The notes beneath the pieces were generated by a model. The model saw nothing but the letters and a program-made list of their open reading frames with translations. It was not told the origin of the DNA and did not search any database. Positions 24,378 to 32,000 of a DNA stretch of 32,000 nt are shown in pieces (within the stretch, counting starts at the first letter, position 1; each line of letters starts with the position of its first letter). The DNA is from Candidatus Methylomirabilis limnetica (lineage in GTDB: Bacteria > Methylomirabilota > Methylomirabilia > Methylomirabilales > Methylomirabilaceae), in assembly GCF_003044035.1 (NCBI RefSeq), contig NZ_NVQC01000030.1, forward strand, positions 60,001-92,000, written 5' to 3'. Both the position numbers and the translations under genes were made by a program.

Positions 24378-24385
24378 TCTCCCCC

Positions 24386-24505
24386 GTAGGGGCGCTGCTT
24401 GCTGCGCCCTTCTTGGGGTTAGACGCTGTTGGGCAGGGCAAGCCCTGCCCCTACAACAAATGTGTCTGTCCAGATGGGGCGAACGCGCAGGTTCGCCCCT
24501 ACAAT
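24386..24505. repeat. REP-like hairpin cluster (three hairpins), locus 2
   Basis: Three hairpins: GTAGGGGCGC..GCGCCC; GGGCAGGGC-AA-GCCCTGCCC followed by CTACAA; GGGGCGAAC-GCGCAG-GTTCGCCCC followed by TACAA. Confidence 0.75.
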
Positions 24506-24808
24506 GGTGTATCTAAACGGATAATAATCGCAGTTTCTCGGGGGTTCCTCCAGTCTATCCCCACATTGTTGACTGGGCGGAGTTGCCCTTTTTTTGGGCT
24601 TGCCTCCCTCCAATAGGCGAGTTATCCTTATTTTGTGCCTGGCAGGTCTGCTGGATGATGAAGTTACCCTGGCGCGTCTAAGCTTATCACCTCCAGCGAG
24701 GGGCTTCAACCGGCCCCTCCTTCACGCCAGTCACGGTGCCTCATTATCATACTGCCCCATCGTAGTGAAGCCGAGCTTGCCCTTTTCAGATCGTACCGAT
24801 GGTGATTG

Positions 24809-25345
24809 ATGGCGATGGAGCTATACCTTAGCGAGAATGCCTTTGTCGGACTGCTGGTCTCGACCATTGAAGTCTACCGCAAGGAGTGCTTCGGGGTTCT
24901 GCTTGGCCAGAGCATGTCCGAACGAATCCTCGTCGATTTCGTGGTTCCGTACCAGACGGCGACCCGGAAGTTTCGCGAGGTACACGTTGATCTGATGCGG
25001 AGTCAACGGGTCGAGGAGGCTGTCAGGAGTACCTCGCGCTGGGAGTGCGTGGGCGACTATCACTCGCACCCGATGTATGGCGCCGTCCGAGCGACCACGA
25101 TACTGAGTGCGGCCGATAGGCATTTCTTCAAGGATGGAAACGTCGCCATTGTGGTCGCCATTAACGATTCGGCGAGGCAACAGCGATGGAACTATGTACA
25201 GGGTGGCGGTGTGTCCGGCAGTATTAACGGGTACAACATCCGGATTGCCGGATACTACAAAGCCAACGGAACCATCGAGCGAGCGCCGATCCACTGCCCG
25301 TATGCCATCGGGTTTCAGGCCAAGGAGCTGAACACCAAGGAGTGA
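24809..25345 (+). CDS. JAB/MPN (JAMM) domain metalloprotease-like protein
   Basis: ECFGVLLGQ (the Glu motif) and YHSHP...SAAD (an HxH...SxxD-like motif with a longer spacer than canonical). Start at 24806, 24809 or 24815. Confidence 0.6.
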   Translation: MAMELYLSENAFVGLLVSTIEVYRKECFGVLLGQSMSERILVDFVVPYQTATRKFREVHVDLMRSQRVEEAVRSTSRWECVGDYHSHPMYGAVRATTILSAADRHFFKDGNVAIVVAINDSARQQRWNYVQGGGVSGSINGYNIRIAGYYKANGTIERAPIHCPYAIGFQAKELNTKE

Positions 25346-26184
25346 GTCGCGCTATGGCCGTGCGCTCCAACGCGCAGCTCAAGCAGCTTCTGGATGAGCT
25401 CTATCACCGCTACAGTCGACCTGTCTTTCTCTCGACCAGCGCCCTCAGCATTCCCCACCAGTATGCAAGCCCCGAGGACCGAGAGATCGCGGCCTTCGTA
25501 ACCGCCTCCCTTGCCTATGGCAACGTCAAGCAGATCCACCGTAGCGCCAACACTGCGCTCGACGCGATGGGAGATAGCCCGGCCAGGTTCATTCGACGGT
25601 TCGATCCTACGCGCGATCCGGCCCGCTTTCAGCACTTTGTTCACCGCTTCAACTCCGGTGTCGACCTCGCGCTCCTCTGCCATCTGCTCCATCAGGCCAT
25701 CGCGGCGGAGGGATCGCTTCAGGCCTTCTTCCTCAAGGGGTATGATCCCACTCACGACGATATTGGACCTGCCCTGAACAGCTTTGTTGAGCGGATGCTG
25801 TCGCTTGACGTCTCTGCCTTCTACCCCTCCGGCACGCTCCCGGCAAAGACTGGCGTTCGCTTCTTTTTCCCCTCACCAGCCCAGGGGAGCGCCTGCAAGC
25901 GCCTCAACCTGTTCCTGCGCTGGATGGTGCGTCGCGGCGATGAGATCGACTTCGGCATCTGGACGGCGGTGTCGCCTGCGAAGCTGATCGTGCCCCTCGA
26001 CACGCATGTGGCTCGGATCTCGCAGCAACTCGGCCTAACCAGGGTGAAGCAGCCCAACTGGCGGATGGCTAAAGAGGTAACACAGCGACTCCGTGCGTTC
26101 GATCCTGAGGATCCCGTGAAGTACGACTTTGCCCTGTGCCGCCTGGGGGTCCTGAAGCAGCCGATCCCAGGCTCTGAGCGGTAG
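25342..26184 (+). CDS. TIGR02757/DUF2400-like protein (HhH-GPD-superfamily-like)
   Basis: SACKRLNLFLRWMVRRGDEIDFGIW...LIVPLDTHVARI matches my recollection of the TIGR02757 signature. The GTG start overlaps the JAB stop (GTGA); the alternative is ATG 25354. Confidence 0.6.
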   Translation: MSRAMAVRSNAQLKQLLDELYHRYSRPVFLSTSALSIPHQYASPEDREIAAFVTASLAYGNVKQIHRSANTALDAMGDSPARFIRRFDPTRDPARFQHFVHRFNSGVDLALLCHLLHQAIAAEGSLQAFFLKGYDPTHDDIGPALNSFVERMLSLDVSAFYPSGTLPAKTGVRFFFPSPAQGSACKRLNLFLRWMVRRGDEIDFGIWTAVSPAKLIVPLDTHVARISQQLGLTRVKQPNWRMAKEVTQRLRAFDPEDPVKYDFALCRLGVLKQPIPGSER

Positions 26185-26188
26185 AACC

Positions 26189-26971
26189 TCAATCTTCCAT
26201 GGTCAGCACGCGCAGCATCTCGTCGTGGAGCAGGCCATTGTTGGCGAGGATCTGGGGGTTAGACAGGCGATGCGGCCCGCCGTGAAGATCGGTCACTCGG
26301 CCGCCCGCCTCGGTGACCATCAGCGAGCCGGCCGCCATGTCCCACGGGTGCAGCTTCAACTCCCAGAAGCCATCGAACCGACCGGCAGCTACATAGCACA
26401 GATCGAGGGCTGCGGAGCCGGGGCGGCGAACGCCCTGAGCTCGCTTCATGAACCTCACAAAATAATCCAGGTTATTGTGCTTGGCGCCCGCGACGTCATT
26501 AGGAAAGCCTGTGGCCAGCAGTGCGTGCGACAAGCTGGCGATGGCCGAGACCTGTAATCGCTTGCCGTTCAGAAATGCCCCTCCACCTCGCTCGGCCGTG
26601 AACAGCTCCTCCAGGCTCGGATCGTAGACCAACCCAAAGATCAGCTCACCGTCTTTTTCCACACCGATCGACACGGAGAAGCAGGGATAGCCGTGGGCGT
26701 AATTCGTGGTGCCATCCAACGGATCGATGAGCCAGCGGTATCCCGAGTCGCCCTGAAGTCTAGTCCCCTCCTCGCACACAACGCTGTGATGCGGCAACTC
26801 CCGTCGGACAATCTCGGCGATCGCCTTCTCTGAGCGGCGATCTATGTCGGTGACGAGGTTCTTCTCGCCCTTGAATTCGATGATCCGCTGCTGCTCCAGT
26901 CCCTGGCGAAGGATTGCCCCGGCTTCCTTCGCGGCCCGCAGCGCCACCTCGCGTATCGCGTCGATTTCCAT
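26189..26971 (-). CDS. suhB: inositol monophosphatase family protein (SuhB-like)
   Basis: WLIDPLDGTTNYAHG and WDMAAGSLMVTEAGG motifs. Confidence 0.85.
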   Translation of the reverse strand: MEIDAIREVALRAAKEAGAILRQGLEQQRIIEFKGEKNLVTDIDRRSEKAIAEIVRRELPHHSVVCEEGTRLQGDSGYRWLIDPLDGTTNYAHGYPCFSVSIGVEKDGELIFGLVYDPSLEELFTAERGGGAFLNGKRLQVSAIASLSHALLATGFPNDVAGAKHNNLDYFVRFMKRAQGVRRPGSAALDLCYVAAGRFDGFWELKLHPWDMAAGSLMVTEAGGRVTDLHGGPHRLSNPQILANNGLLHDEMLRVLTMED

Positions 26972-27142
26972 CTGACCCCCTTGTGAAATTTATTGTCAGT
27001 TTACCACATCCGGTGGGCAGCGTCTAAGCCTCCTCGTCCTCGCCAACTGCGTTGCTCCAGGCAAAGGGTGGTGATAGTATGTGTGCGGCTCCTGGCATTC
27101 GGTATCGTACGCACATGAGACGTGTTCGCGGAGACCACGGTC

Positions 27143-27262
27143 ATGGCCATCGTCTGGAAGTGCCTCATCTGCGGCCACCATCAGCAGGGTGACCAGCCGC
27201 CAGACCACTGCCCAAACTGCGGCGCGCCCAGGGAAGAGTTCGTTCTCGTGGAGGAGGACTGA
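27143..27262 (+). CDS. 39-aa rubredoxin-like zinc-ribbon protein (below the ORF-track length cutoff)
   Basis: Hand translation gives MAIVWKCLICGHHQQGDQPPDHCPNCGAPREEFVLVEED*. It contains two CxxC knuckles, with CPNCGAP..EF typical of rubredoxin-type folds. Confidence 0.6.
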   Translation: MAIVWKCLICGHHQQGDQPPDHCPNCGAPREEFVLVEED

Positions 27263-27342
27263 TCATTGTTGAAGACCTTTGAGAATCGGCAGAAGAGGAA
27301 TGGCCCCCATCGATCCTGCTGCCAAGGCTCCCACCGTTTGAT

Positions 27343-28131
27343 ATGAGGCGTAGCATGCTCGGAAAAGAGGAGCTTCAGAGGCTCCTGGACTTCGCAGTCG
27401 TGGCAGCCCAGGAGGCCGGGGCGATCGTCATGGACTATTTCCAGACCGCCCTTTCTCCGGAGCGAAAGCCGGACCGCACCTTCGTGACGGTGGCCGACCG
27501 CGAATCCGAGGAGAGGCTCCGGGCGCTAATCCGACAGGCCTACCCGGACCACGGCATTCTTGGAGAGGAGTTCGGTGAGCAGCAGAGCAGCTCCGGTTGG
27601 ACCTGGATCATCGACCCGCTTGATGGTACCGCATCTTTCCTCCACGGCGTTCCGCTCTTCGGTGTCTTGCTTGGATTAGAGGTCGAAGGAGAGGTCGTCC
27701 TTGGGGTGGCGAATTTCCCCGCGCTGGGCGAGCTGGTCTCTGCAGGCAGGGGAATAGGCTGCTTCTGGAATGGACGCCGCGCCGCTGTCTCCAGCGTGGG
27801 CGATCTAAAAGAGGCGTTGCTCCTCTACACGGACGGCGCCGGCTTTGAGCCCCATGGGCGGGAACCGGCATTCCGCCATCTGATCGCCGCCACCCGGATG
27901 CACCGGAGTTGGGGCGATTGCTATGGACACATTCTGGTCGCAACGGGACGTGCGGAGGTGATGCTCGATCCGGTGATGAACATCTGGGACTGCGCGGCCC
28001 TGCTGCCGATCCTACAGGAAGCAGGCGGAACCTTTACGGATTGGCAGGGACGGCCAACCATCCGGGGGGGGAACGCTATCTCAACCAATGGCCGGCTGTT
28101 CGACCAGGTGATGCAGGTTGTCAGGGAGTAG
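27343..28131 (+). CDS. inositol monophosphatase family protein (possibly HisN-type histidinol-phosphatase)
   Basis: WIIDPLDGTASFLHG and WDCAALLPILQEAGGTFTDWQG motifs. Confidence 0.75.
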   Translation: MRRSMLGKEELQRLLDFAVVAAQEAGAIVMDYFQTALSPERKPDRTFVTVADRESEERLRALIRQAYPDHGILGEEFGEQQSSSGWTWIIDPLDGTASFLHGVPLFGVLLGLEVEGEVVLGVANFPALGELVSAGRGIGCFWNGRRAAVSSVGDLKEALLLYTDGAGFEPHGREPAFRHLIAATRMHRSWGDCYGHILVATGRAEVMLDPVMNIWDCAALLPILQEAGGTFTDWQGRPTIRGGNAISTNGRLFDQVMQVVRE

Positions 28132-28157
28132 GGGGGCTTAATGCCCTCCCGTGGGAC

Positions 28158-28185
28158 GGGCGGGGATGAACCCCGCCCCTACACC
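28158..28185. repeat. REP-like hairpin, locus 3
   Basis: GGGCGGGG-ATGAA-CCCCGCCC followed by CTACACC. Lies between convergent genes. Confidence 0.7.
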
Positions 28186-28247
28186 GCACGAGACAGAAAC
28201 GGGCGCCCCCAGAGTCAGGAACGCCCGTCACGATGCCGCAACGGCCG

Positions 28248-28562
28248 TTATCTCTCCTGTAGTAGCTTGCCTCGTTCTTTCTCCATCGCATCCTTGCCGG
28301 CCTGGTAGGCAGCAGTGAGAATTGCCTTTTTCTCTTCAAAGATCTCTTTGCCTACCACGATCGCATCCTCAACCCGGTCTTTGACGTCATCAACGAGATC
28401 GGTGCTTCGATCCTTGGCGTCTGTCGCGAGATCGCGGAGACGAGTGCGGGTCTGTCGGCCTCCCTCTGGAGCGAATAGAAGCGCTAAACTCGCCCCAAGC
28501 GCACCGCCAACGATAAATGCGAGGGCCACAGAAGCAGGAGCACATCCTCGTTCTTCGCTCAT
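28248..28562 (-). CDS. YtxH domain-containing protein
   Basis: An N-terminal TM segment followed by ALLFAPEGGRQTRTRLRD and a charged helical tail. Confidence 0.7.
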   Translation of the reverse strand: MSEERGCAPASVALAFIVGGALGASLALLFAPEGGRQTRTRLRDLATDAKDRSTDLVDDVKDRVEDAIVVGKEIFEEKKAILTAAYQAGKDAMEKERGKLLQER

Positions 28563-28567
28563 GTCGA

Positions 28568-28957
28568 TTACCTCCTTCCCACAAGTCGTACAAGTAAGGT
28601 GCGTAGGCCAACCCGAAGGCCGGTCATAAGTGCAGCGCCAGTGATCAGCTTCGGAAAGACGATGCTCTGCACCAATTGATTTGCATCACGCACTGTCTGT
28701 CCCACTTCAGTAATCGTCTCAATCGTCCCGCCCATTTTCTCCATCCCGCCGGTAACCTGGTCAGATGCACGATTGATGCTCCGAATGACCTCTTTCAGAT
28801 CGATCAGCGTAGGCCGCAATTCAGGCTCAACCAGCCTGAGAAAATCCTCTGCCTGCCTGGCGGTCCGCCGAAGCTGCACGAGCACGGGGATCATGCCGCA
28901 CACTAGGATAAAGAATAGGGCCACAATGGACCATAACGCGCACTCTGTCGTAAACAT
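28568..28957 (-). CDS. DUF948-like membrane protein
   Basis: ATG at 28957 with GGAGGTG upstream. An N-terminal TM segment followed by a helical region (LRRTARQAEDFLRLVEPELRPTLIDLKEVI). Adjacent to the YtxH gene, as is common for this pairing. Confidence 0.6.
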   Translation of the reverse strand: MFTTECALWSIVALFFILVCGMIPVLVQLRRTARQAEDFLRLVEPELRPTLIDLKEVIRSINRASDQVTGGMEKMGGTIETITEVGQTVRDANQLVQSIVFPKLITGAALMTGLRVGLRTLLVRLVGRR

Positions 28958-29198
28958 CACACCTCCCCAGCAAACATCGAAAGAAGCCCTGATAACTTTA
29001 CCAAAGCCGCCAGATGAGGTCAAGCCGTAAGATTACTGTCGAGATGTCCTGCAGCAGATTATACCTGCGTGGTAATTCTACGATCCACCGGCTTGGCGAT
29101 CGCGTGAGAGCGAGGGCGGCCAGGAAGACTCGATGGTATGTTCGGGCTTTCGTGCGCTACGACTGCTTGACACCTCTCTTCCCCTCAGCTAAGGTCAG

Positions 29199-31346
29199 AT
29201 GAGAGGGAATGCAATGGGTGCAACTAATGTGGGGTCCCATGAAATGGGTTACGAGGCGCTGCCGCGGCACACTAATAGGCTGATCCACGAGACCAGCCCC
29301 TACCTGCTTCAGCATGCCCATAATCCGGTAGGCTGGTACCCCTGGGGGGAGGAGGCGCTCTGCAAGGCCAGGGAGGAGAATCGTCCGATCCTCCTCAGCA
29401 TCGGCTATTCCGCCTGCCATTGGTGCCACGTGATGGCGCATGAGTCGTTTGAGGACGAGCAGATCGCCAAGCTGATGAACGAGTCGTTCGTGTGCATCAA
29501 GGTTGATCGAGAGGAGCGACCCGACCTCGACGAGATTTACATGGCGGCGACCGTGGCCCTGAATCAGGGGCGGGGCGGGTGGCCGATGACGGTTTTCCTG
29601 ACCCCCGATCAGCAGCCGTTTTTCGCGGGGACCTACTTCCCACCAACCGATAAGTATGGCCGCCCCGGTTTCGCTACCGTCCTCAGACAGATCGCAGAGC
29701 TTTGGCAGAGCAATCCAGGCACCCTTCGGACCCAATCGGACGAGATCACCGAACGCTTGCGTGAGGCTTCTCGCCCGTCCATCCCCTTGCCGGTAGGGCA
29801 GACCGAGGTTGCTGCCGCCGTCGCCCACTTCGCTGGGAGCTTCGACCCGGTCCATGGCGGATTCGGTCCCGCCCCCAAGTTCCCTGCCGCGACGGGCCTG
29901 TCGCTCCTGCTGCGCCACCACCTTCGCACCGGCGATGCCCACGGCCTGCACATGGTGCGGATGACACTCGACGCCATGGCGCGTGGTGGGATCTACGACC
30001 AGATCGGTGGCGGATTTGCCCGGTACTCGACCGACGAGCGCTGGCTGGTCCCTCACTTTGAGAAGATGCTCTACGACAACGCGCTCCTGACCAGGACCTA
30101 TCTGGAGGCCTTTCAGGTGACCGGCGACCCGTCCTATCGGCGAATCGCGGCCGAACTCCTCGACTACATCCTGCGCGAGATGACCGCGCCGGAGGGGGGC
30201 TTTTACTCCGCCACGGACGCCGACTCCGAGGGGGAGGAGGGGAAGTTCTACGTCTGGACGCCTGCTGAGATCGAGGCGATCCTGGGGGAGGAGGAGGCGC
30301 GTCGGTTCTGTACTTACTACGACATCACGGAGAGCGGTAACTGGGAGAGCAAGAACATCCCCAACGTCCGGCGCACGCTCGAACAGGTCGCGGTGAAGCT
30401 CGGGATCAGCGCCCCAGAGCTTCAGGCCTCCCTCGATCGGGCGCGCCCCAAGGTCTATGAGGCTCGGCGGCAAAGGATTGCACCCGGCCTGGATGACAAG
30501 ATCCTGACAGCTTGGAACGGGATGATGATCGGCTCGATGGCGGAGGGGTATCGCATCCTCGGCGATCGGCGGTACCTCGACGCCGCAGTCCGCGCGGCCG
30601 ACTTCCTGCTCACCACCTTGGTCCGACCGGATGGCCGGCTGCTCCGGACCTACCGGAGAGGGTCGGCGCATCTAGGCGCCTACCTAGAGGATTATGCCTA
30701 CCTCTGCGAGGGGCTGATCGACCTCTATGAGGCAGGCGGGGCCGCGCGCTACATCTTTGAAGCCGTGAGAATGGCCGAGCGCCTGCTGGCCGATTTCGCG
30801 GATGAGCCGAGCGGCGCCTTCTTTACGACCGCGCGGGACCACGAATCGTTGATCCTGCGCCGGCAAGAGGGGACTGATGGCGCCTTACCGAGCGGCAATG
30901 CCGTGGCGGCCTCGGCGCTGGCCCGCCTCTCGTTTCACCTGGACCGAGAGGACCTGCGGAGCGCGGCTCATCGCGCCATCGTGGCCTTCGGCAAACAGAT
31001 TGCCCTGTATCCGCACGCCTTCGCCAAGAGCCTTGCCGTAGTGGATCTCCTCCTGGAGGGGCCGATAGAGCTGGCCTTGATCGGCACCCTTGGAGAGGCG
31101 GGGTGTGAGGCGCTGCGCCAGGAGATCGGACGGCAGTATCTCCCAAACCGGATCGTGGCGTATCACGATCCGGCTGAAGGCGATCCACCCCCCTTCCCTC
31201 TGCTGTTGGGGAAGGGATTGGTCAATAGTCGCGCGGCGCTCTACGTCTGTCGCAACTTCACCTGCCAGGCCCCGATCACCGATCCGGCTCAGGTAGCCGA
31301 GGCCCTCGGCGGTACCGCGCGACGCTCGGCTGGCGGCAAGCGCTGA
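29199..31346 (+). CDS. thioredoxin-domain/DUF255 protein (YyaL / SSP411-like, six-hairpin glycosidase-like C-terminal domain)
   Basis: [28 protein letters not shown] and [14 protein letters not shown] motifs. Start is uncertain (29199, 29214 or 29244). Confidence 0.85.
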   Translation: MRGNAMGATNVGSHEMGYEALPRHTNRLIHETSPYLLQHAHNPVGWYPWGEEALCKAREENRPILLSIGYSACHWCHVMAHESFEDEQIAKLMNESFVCIKVDREERPDLDEIYMAATVALNQGRGGWPMTVFLTPDQQPFFAGTYFPPTDKYGRPGFATVLRQIAELWQSNPGTLRTQSDEITERLREASRPSIPLPVGQTEVAAAVAHFAGSFDPVHGGFGPAPKFPAATGLSLLLRHHLRTGDAHGLHMVRMTLDAMARGGIYDQIGGGFARYSTDERWLVPHFEKMLYDNALLTRTYLEAFQVTGDPSYRRIAAELLDYILREMTAPEGGFYSATDADSEGEEGKFYVWTPAEIEAILGEEEARRFCTYYDITESGNWESKNIPNVRRTLEQVAVKLGISAPELQASLDRARPKVYEARRQRIAPGLDDKILTAWNGMMIGSMAEGYRILGDRRYLDAAVRAADFLLTTLVRPDGRLLRTYRRGSAHLGAYLEDYAYLCEGLIDLYEAGGAARYIFEAVRMAERLLADFADEPSGAFFTTARDHESLILRRQEGTDGALPSGNAVAASALARLSFHLDREDLRSAAHRAIVAFGKQIALYPHAFAKSLAVVDLLLEGPIELALIGTLGEAGCEALRQEIGRQYLPNRIVAYHDPAEGDPPPFPLLLGKGLVNSRAALYVCRNFTCQAPITDPAQVAEALGGTARRSAGGKR

Positions 31347-31401
31347 CTTGAGCCAGGTAAGCGGGTAGCTTGAATCTTAAACTGGCAAAGGGGGCTTCAC
31401 G

Positions 31402-32000
31402 ATGGTGCCTGATGTGCTGACGAGACATGAGCATGCGCTTCCGGGGTACATGCCGCCGCATAAACGGGATAGGCGACGCGCGGACAGCTACCTGAAGACG
31501 CTCGAAGCGCGCGCAAAGGAGAAAGTCGCCCTCGAAGCCCAACTGGAGGCGAACCGGCTGAAGCGGGCGGAGTTCTGGAAACAGAACGGCTACGGGTGGC
31601 TACTTCGGCTTGACCGTTACCCAGCCTGGAAGGAGAAACATTCGGCCTATCAGGCGCTCGCGGAAGAGCGGGTGCAGCTCGTTGAGAAGATTCGGCAAAA
31701 GACCCTGGATCTGAACCGCAGCCCTGAGGATAAGGACGGCGATGGCCTAGTCGATACCGATCAATACCCGGATAAGATCGGCCAGAAGAAGGCGAAGCCG
31801 GCCTGGATTGCGTTGGTGGACCCGGCCAATTGTTCCGGGTGTGGTGGGCACAACGTTAAGCATGGAGAGTGGGTGACGCCGTGTCAGTCGGTCTGTCCGG
31901 TGGATTGTATCTCACACCTGATGCCCGAGCAGGTCAAGATGCACGGATACGACCGCAGCGTCCATGACAATGTGCCGTCCGTTCAGATCCGGTTTGATGA
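31402..32000 (+). CDS. hypothetical protein with C-terminal Fe-S (ferredoxin-like) cysteine motif, 3' end cut by window edge
   Basis: Hand translation from ATG 31402 is open to the window end. It has a basic/coiled N-terminal part, then CSGCGG...(13 aa)...CQSVCPVDCI. Confidence 0.5.
   Translation, partial: MVPDVLTRHEHALPGYMPPHKRDRRRADSYLKTLEARAKEKVALEAQLEANRLKRAEFWKQNGYGWLLRLDRYPAWKEKHSAYQALAEERVQLVEKIRQKTLDLNRSPEDKDGDGLVDTDQYPDKIGQKKAKPAWIALVDPANCSGCGGHNVKHGEWVTPCQSVCPVDCISHLMPEQVKMHGYDRSVHDNVPSVQIRFD

Noticed and set aside
24594-24809. 71-aa ORF ending 1 nt into the JAB gene start, considered as a ubiquitin-like partner
   Set aside because: It has a TTG start without a ribosome-binding site. 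The C-terminus is ...TDGD rather than a Gly-Gly tail. There is no beta-grasp-like pattern, and it overlaps REP-adjacent non-coding-looking sequence.
29157-30671. 504-aa ORF on the minus strand
   Set aside because: It is entirely antisense to the well-supported YyaL-like gene. Its composition is Arg/Gly/Pro-rich and low in complexity, which is typical of a shadow ORF in G+C-rich DNA.

Overview
G+C-rich bacterial chromosomal segment. I saw no rRNA, tRNA or CRISPR array. Taxon cannot be assigned from sequence alone.

Left edge: an EgtB-like gene (5' truncated), an acyl-CoA dehydrogenase and a family III CoA-transferase.

Accessory island: about 8.6 kb of compositionally mosaic sequence lies between the CoA-transferase tail (stop at 3495) and a 28-codon relic of a second CoA-transferase 3' end (12029-12113). 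In order it holds:
- a low-G+C small-protein pair (unknown + DUF2283-like)
- an inverted-repeat-bounded 218-bp element
- MazEF
- a possible restriction-endonuclease gene relic
- a very high-G+C AAA+/DUF4143 ATPase
- a tightly packed SNF2 helicase + SWIM zinc-finger pair
- a MITE-like element with a 10-bp target-site duplication
- a MntA/HepT (nucleotidyltransferase/HEPN) module

No integrase is visible in the island.

Right of the island, mostly housekeeping genes:
- an orphan membrane protein, a GlcF-like Fe-S protein and TerC
- a heme cluster with a hemD-hemE fusion followed by hemH and hemY
- a lipoprotein, ilvD and dedA
- a translationally coupled JAB/MPN + TIGR02757-like pair
- two divergent IMPase paralogues flanking a 39-aa rubredoxin-like ORF that is absent from the ORF track
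- YtxH/DUF948, a YyaL-like thioredoxin-domain protein and a 3'-truncated Fe-S protein

Repeat families not explained by genes:
1. Miniature elements derived from a four-helix-bundle (23S-IVS-type) gene.
2. GTAGGGGC/GCCCCTAC hairpin (REP-like) clusters.
3. A 28-nt hairpin present in-frame inside two unrelated genes (the SNF2 gene and hemH).

The most system-like unexplained unit is the ATPase-SNF2-SWIM array inside the TA-rich island. I cannot assign it a function from sequence alone.
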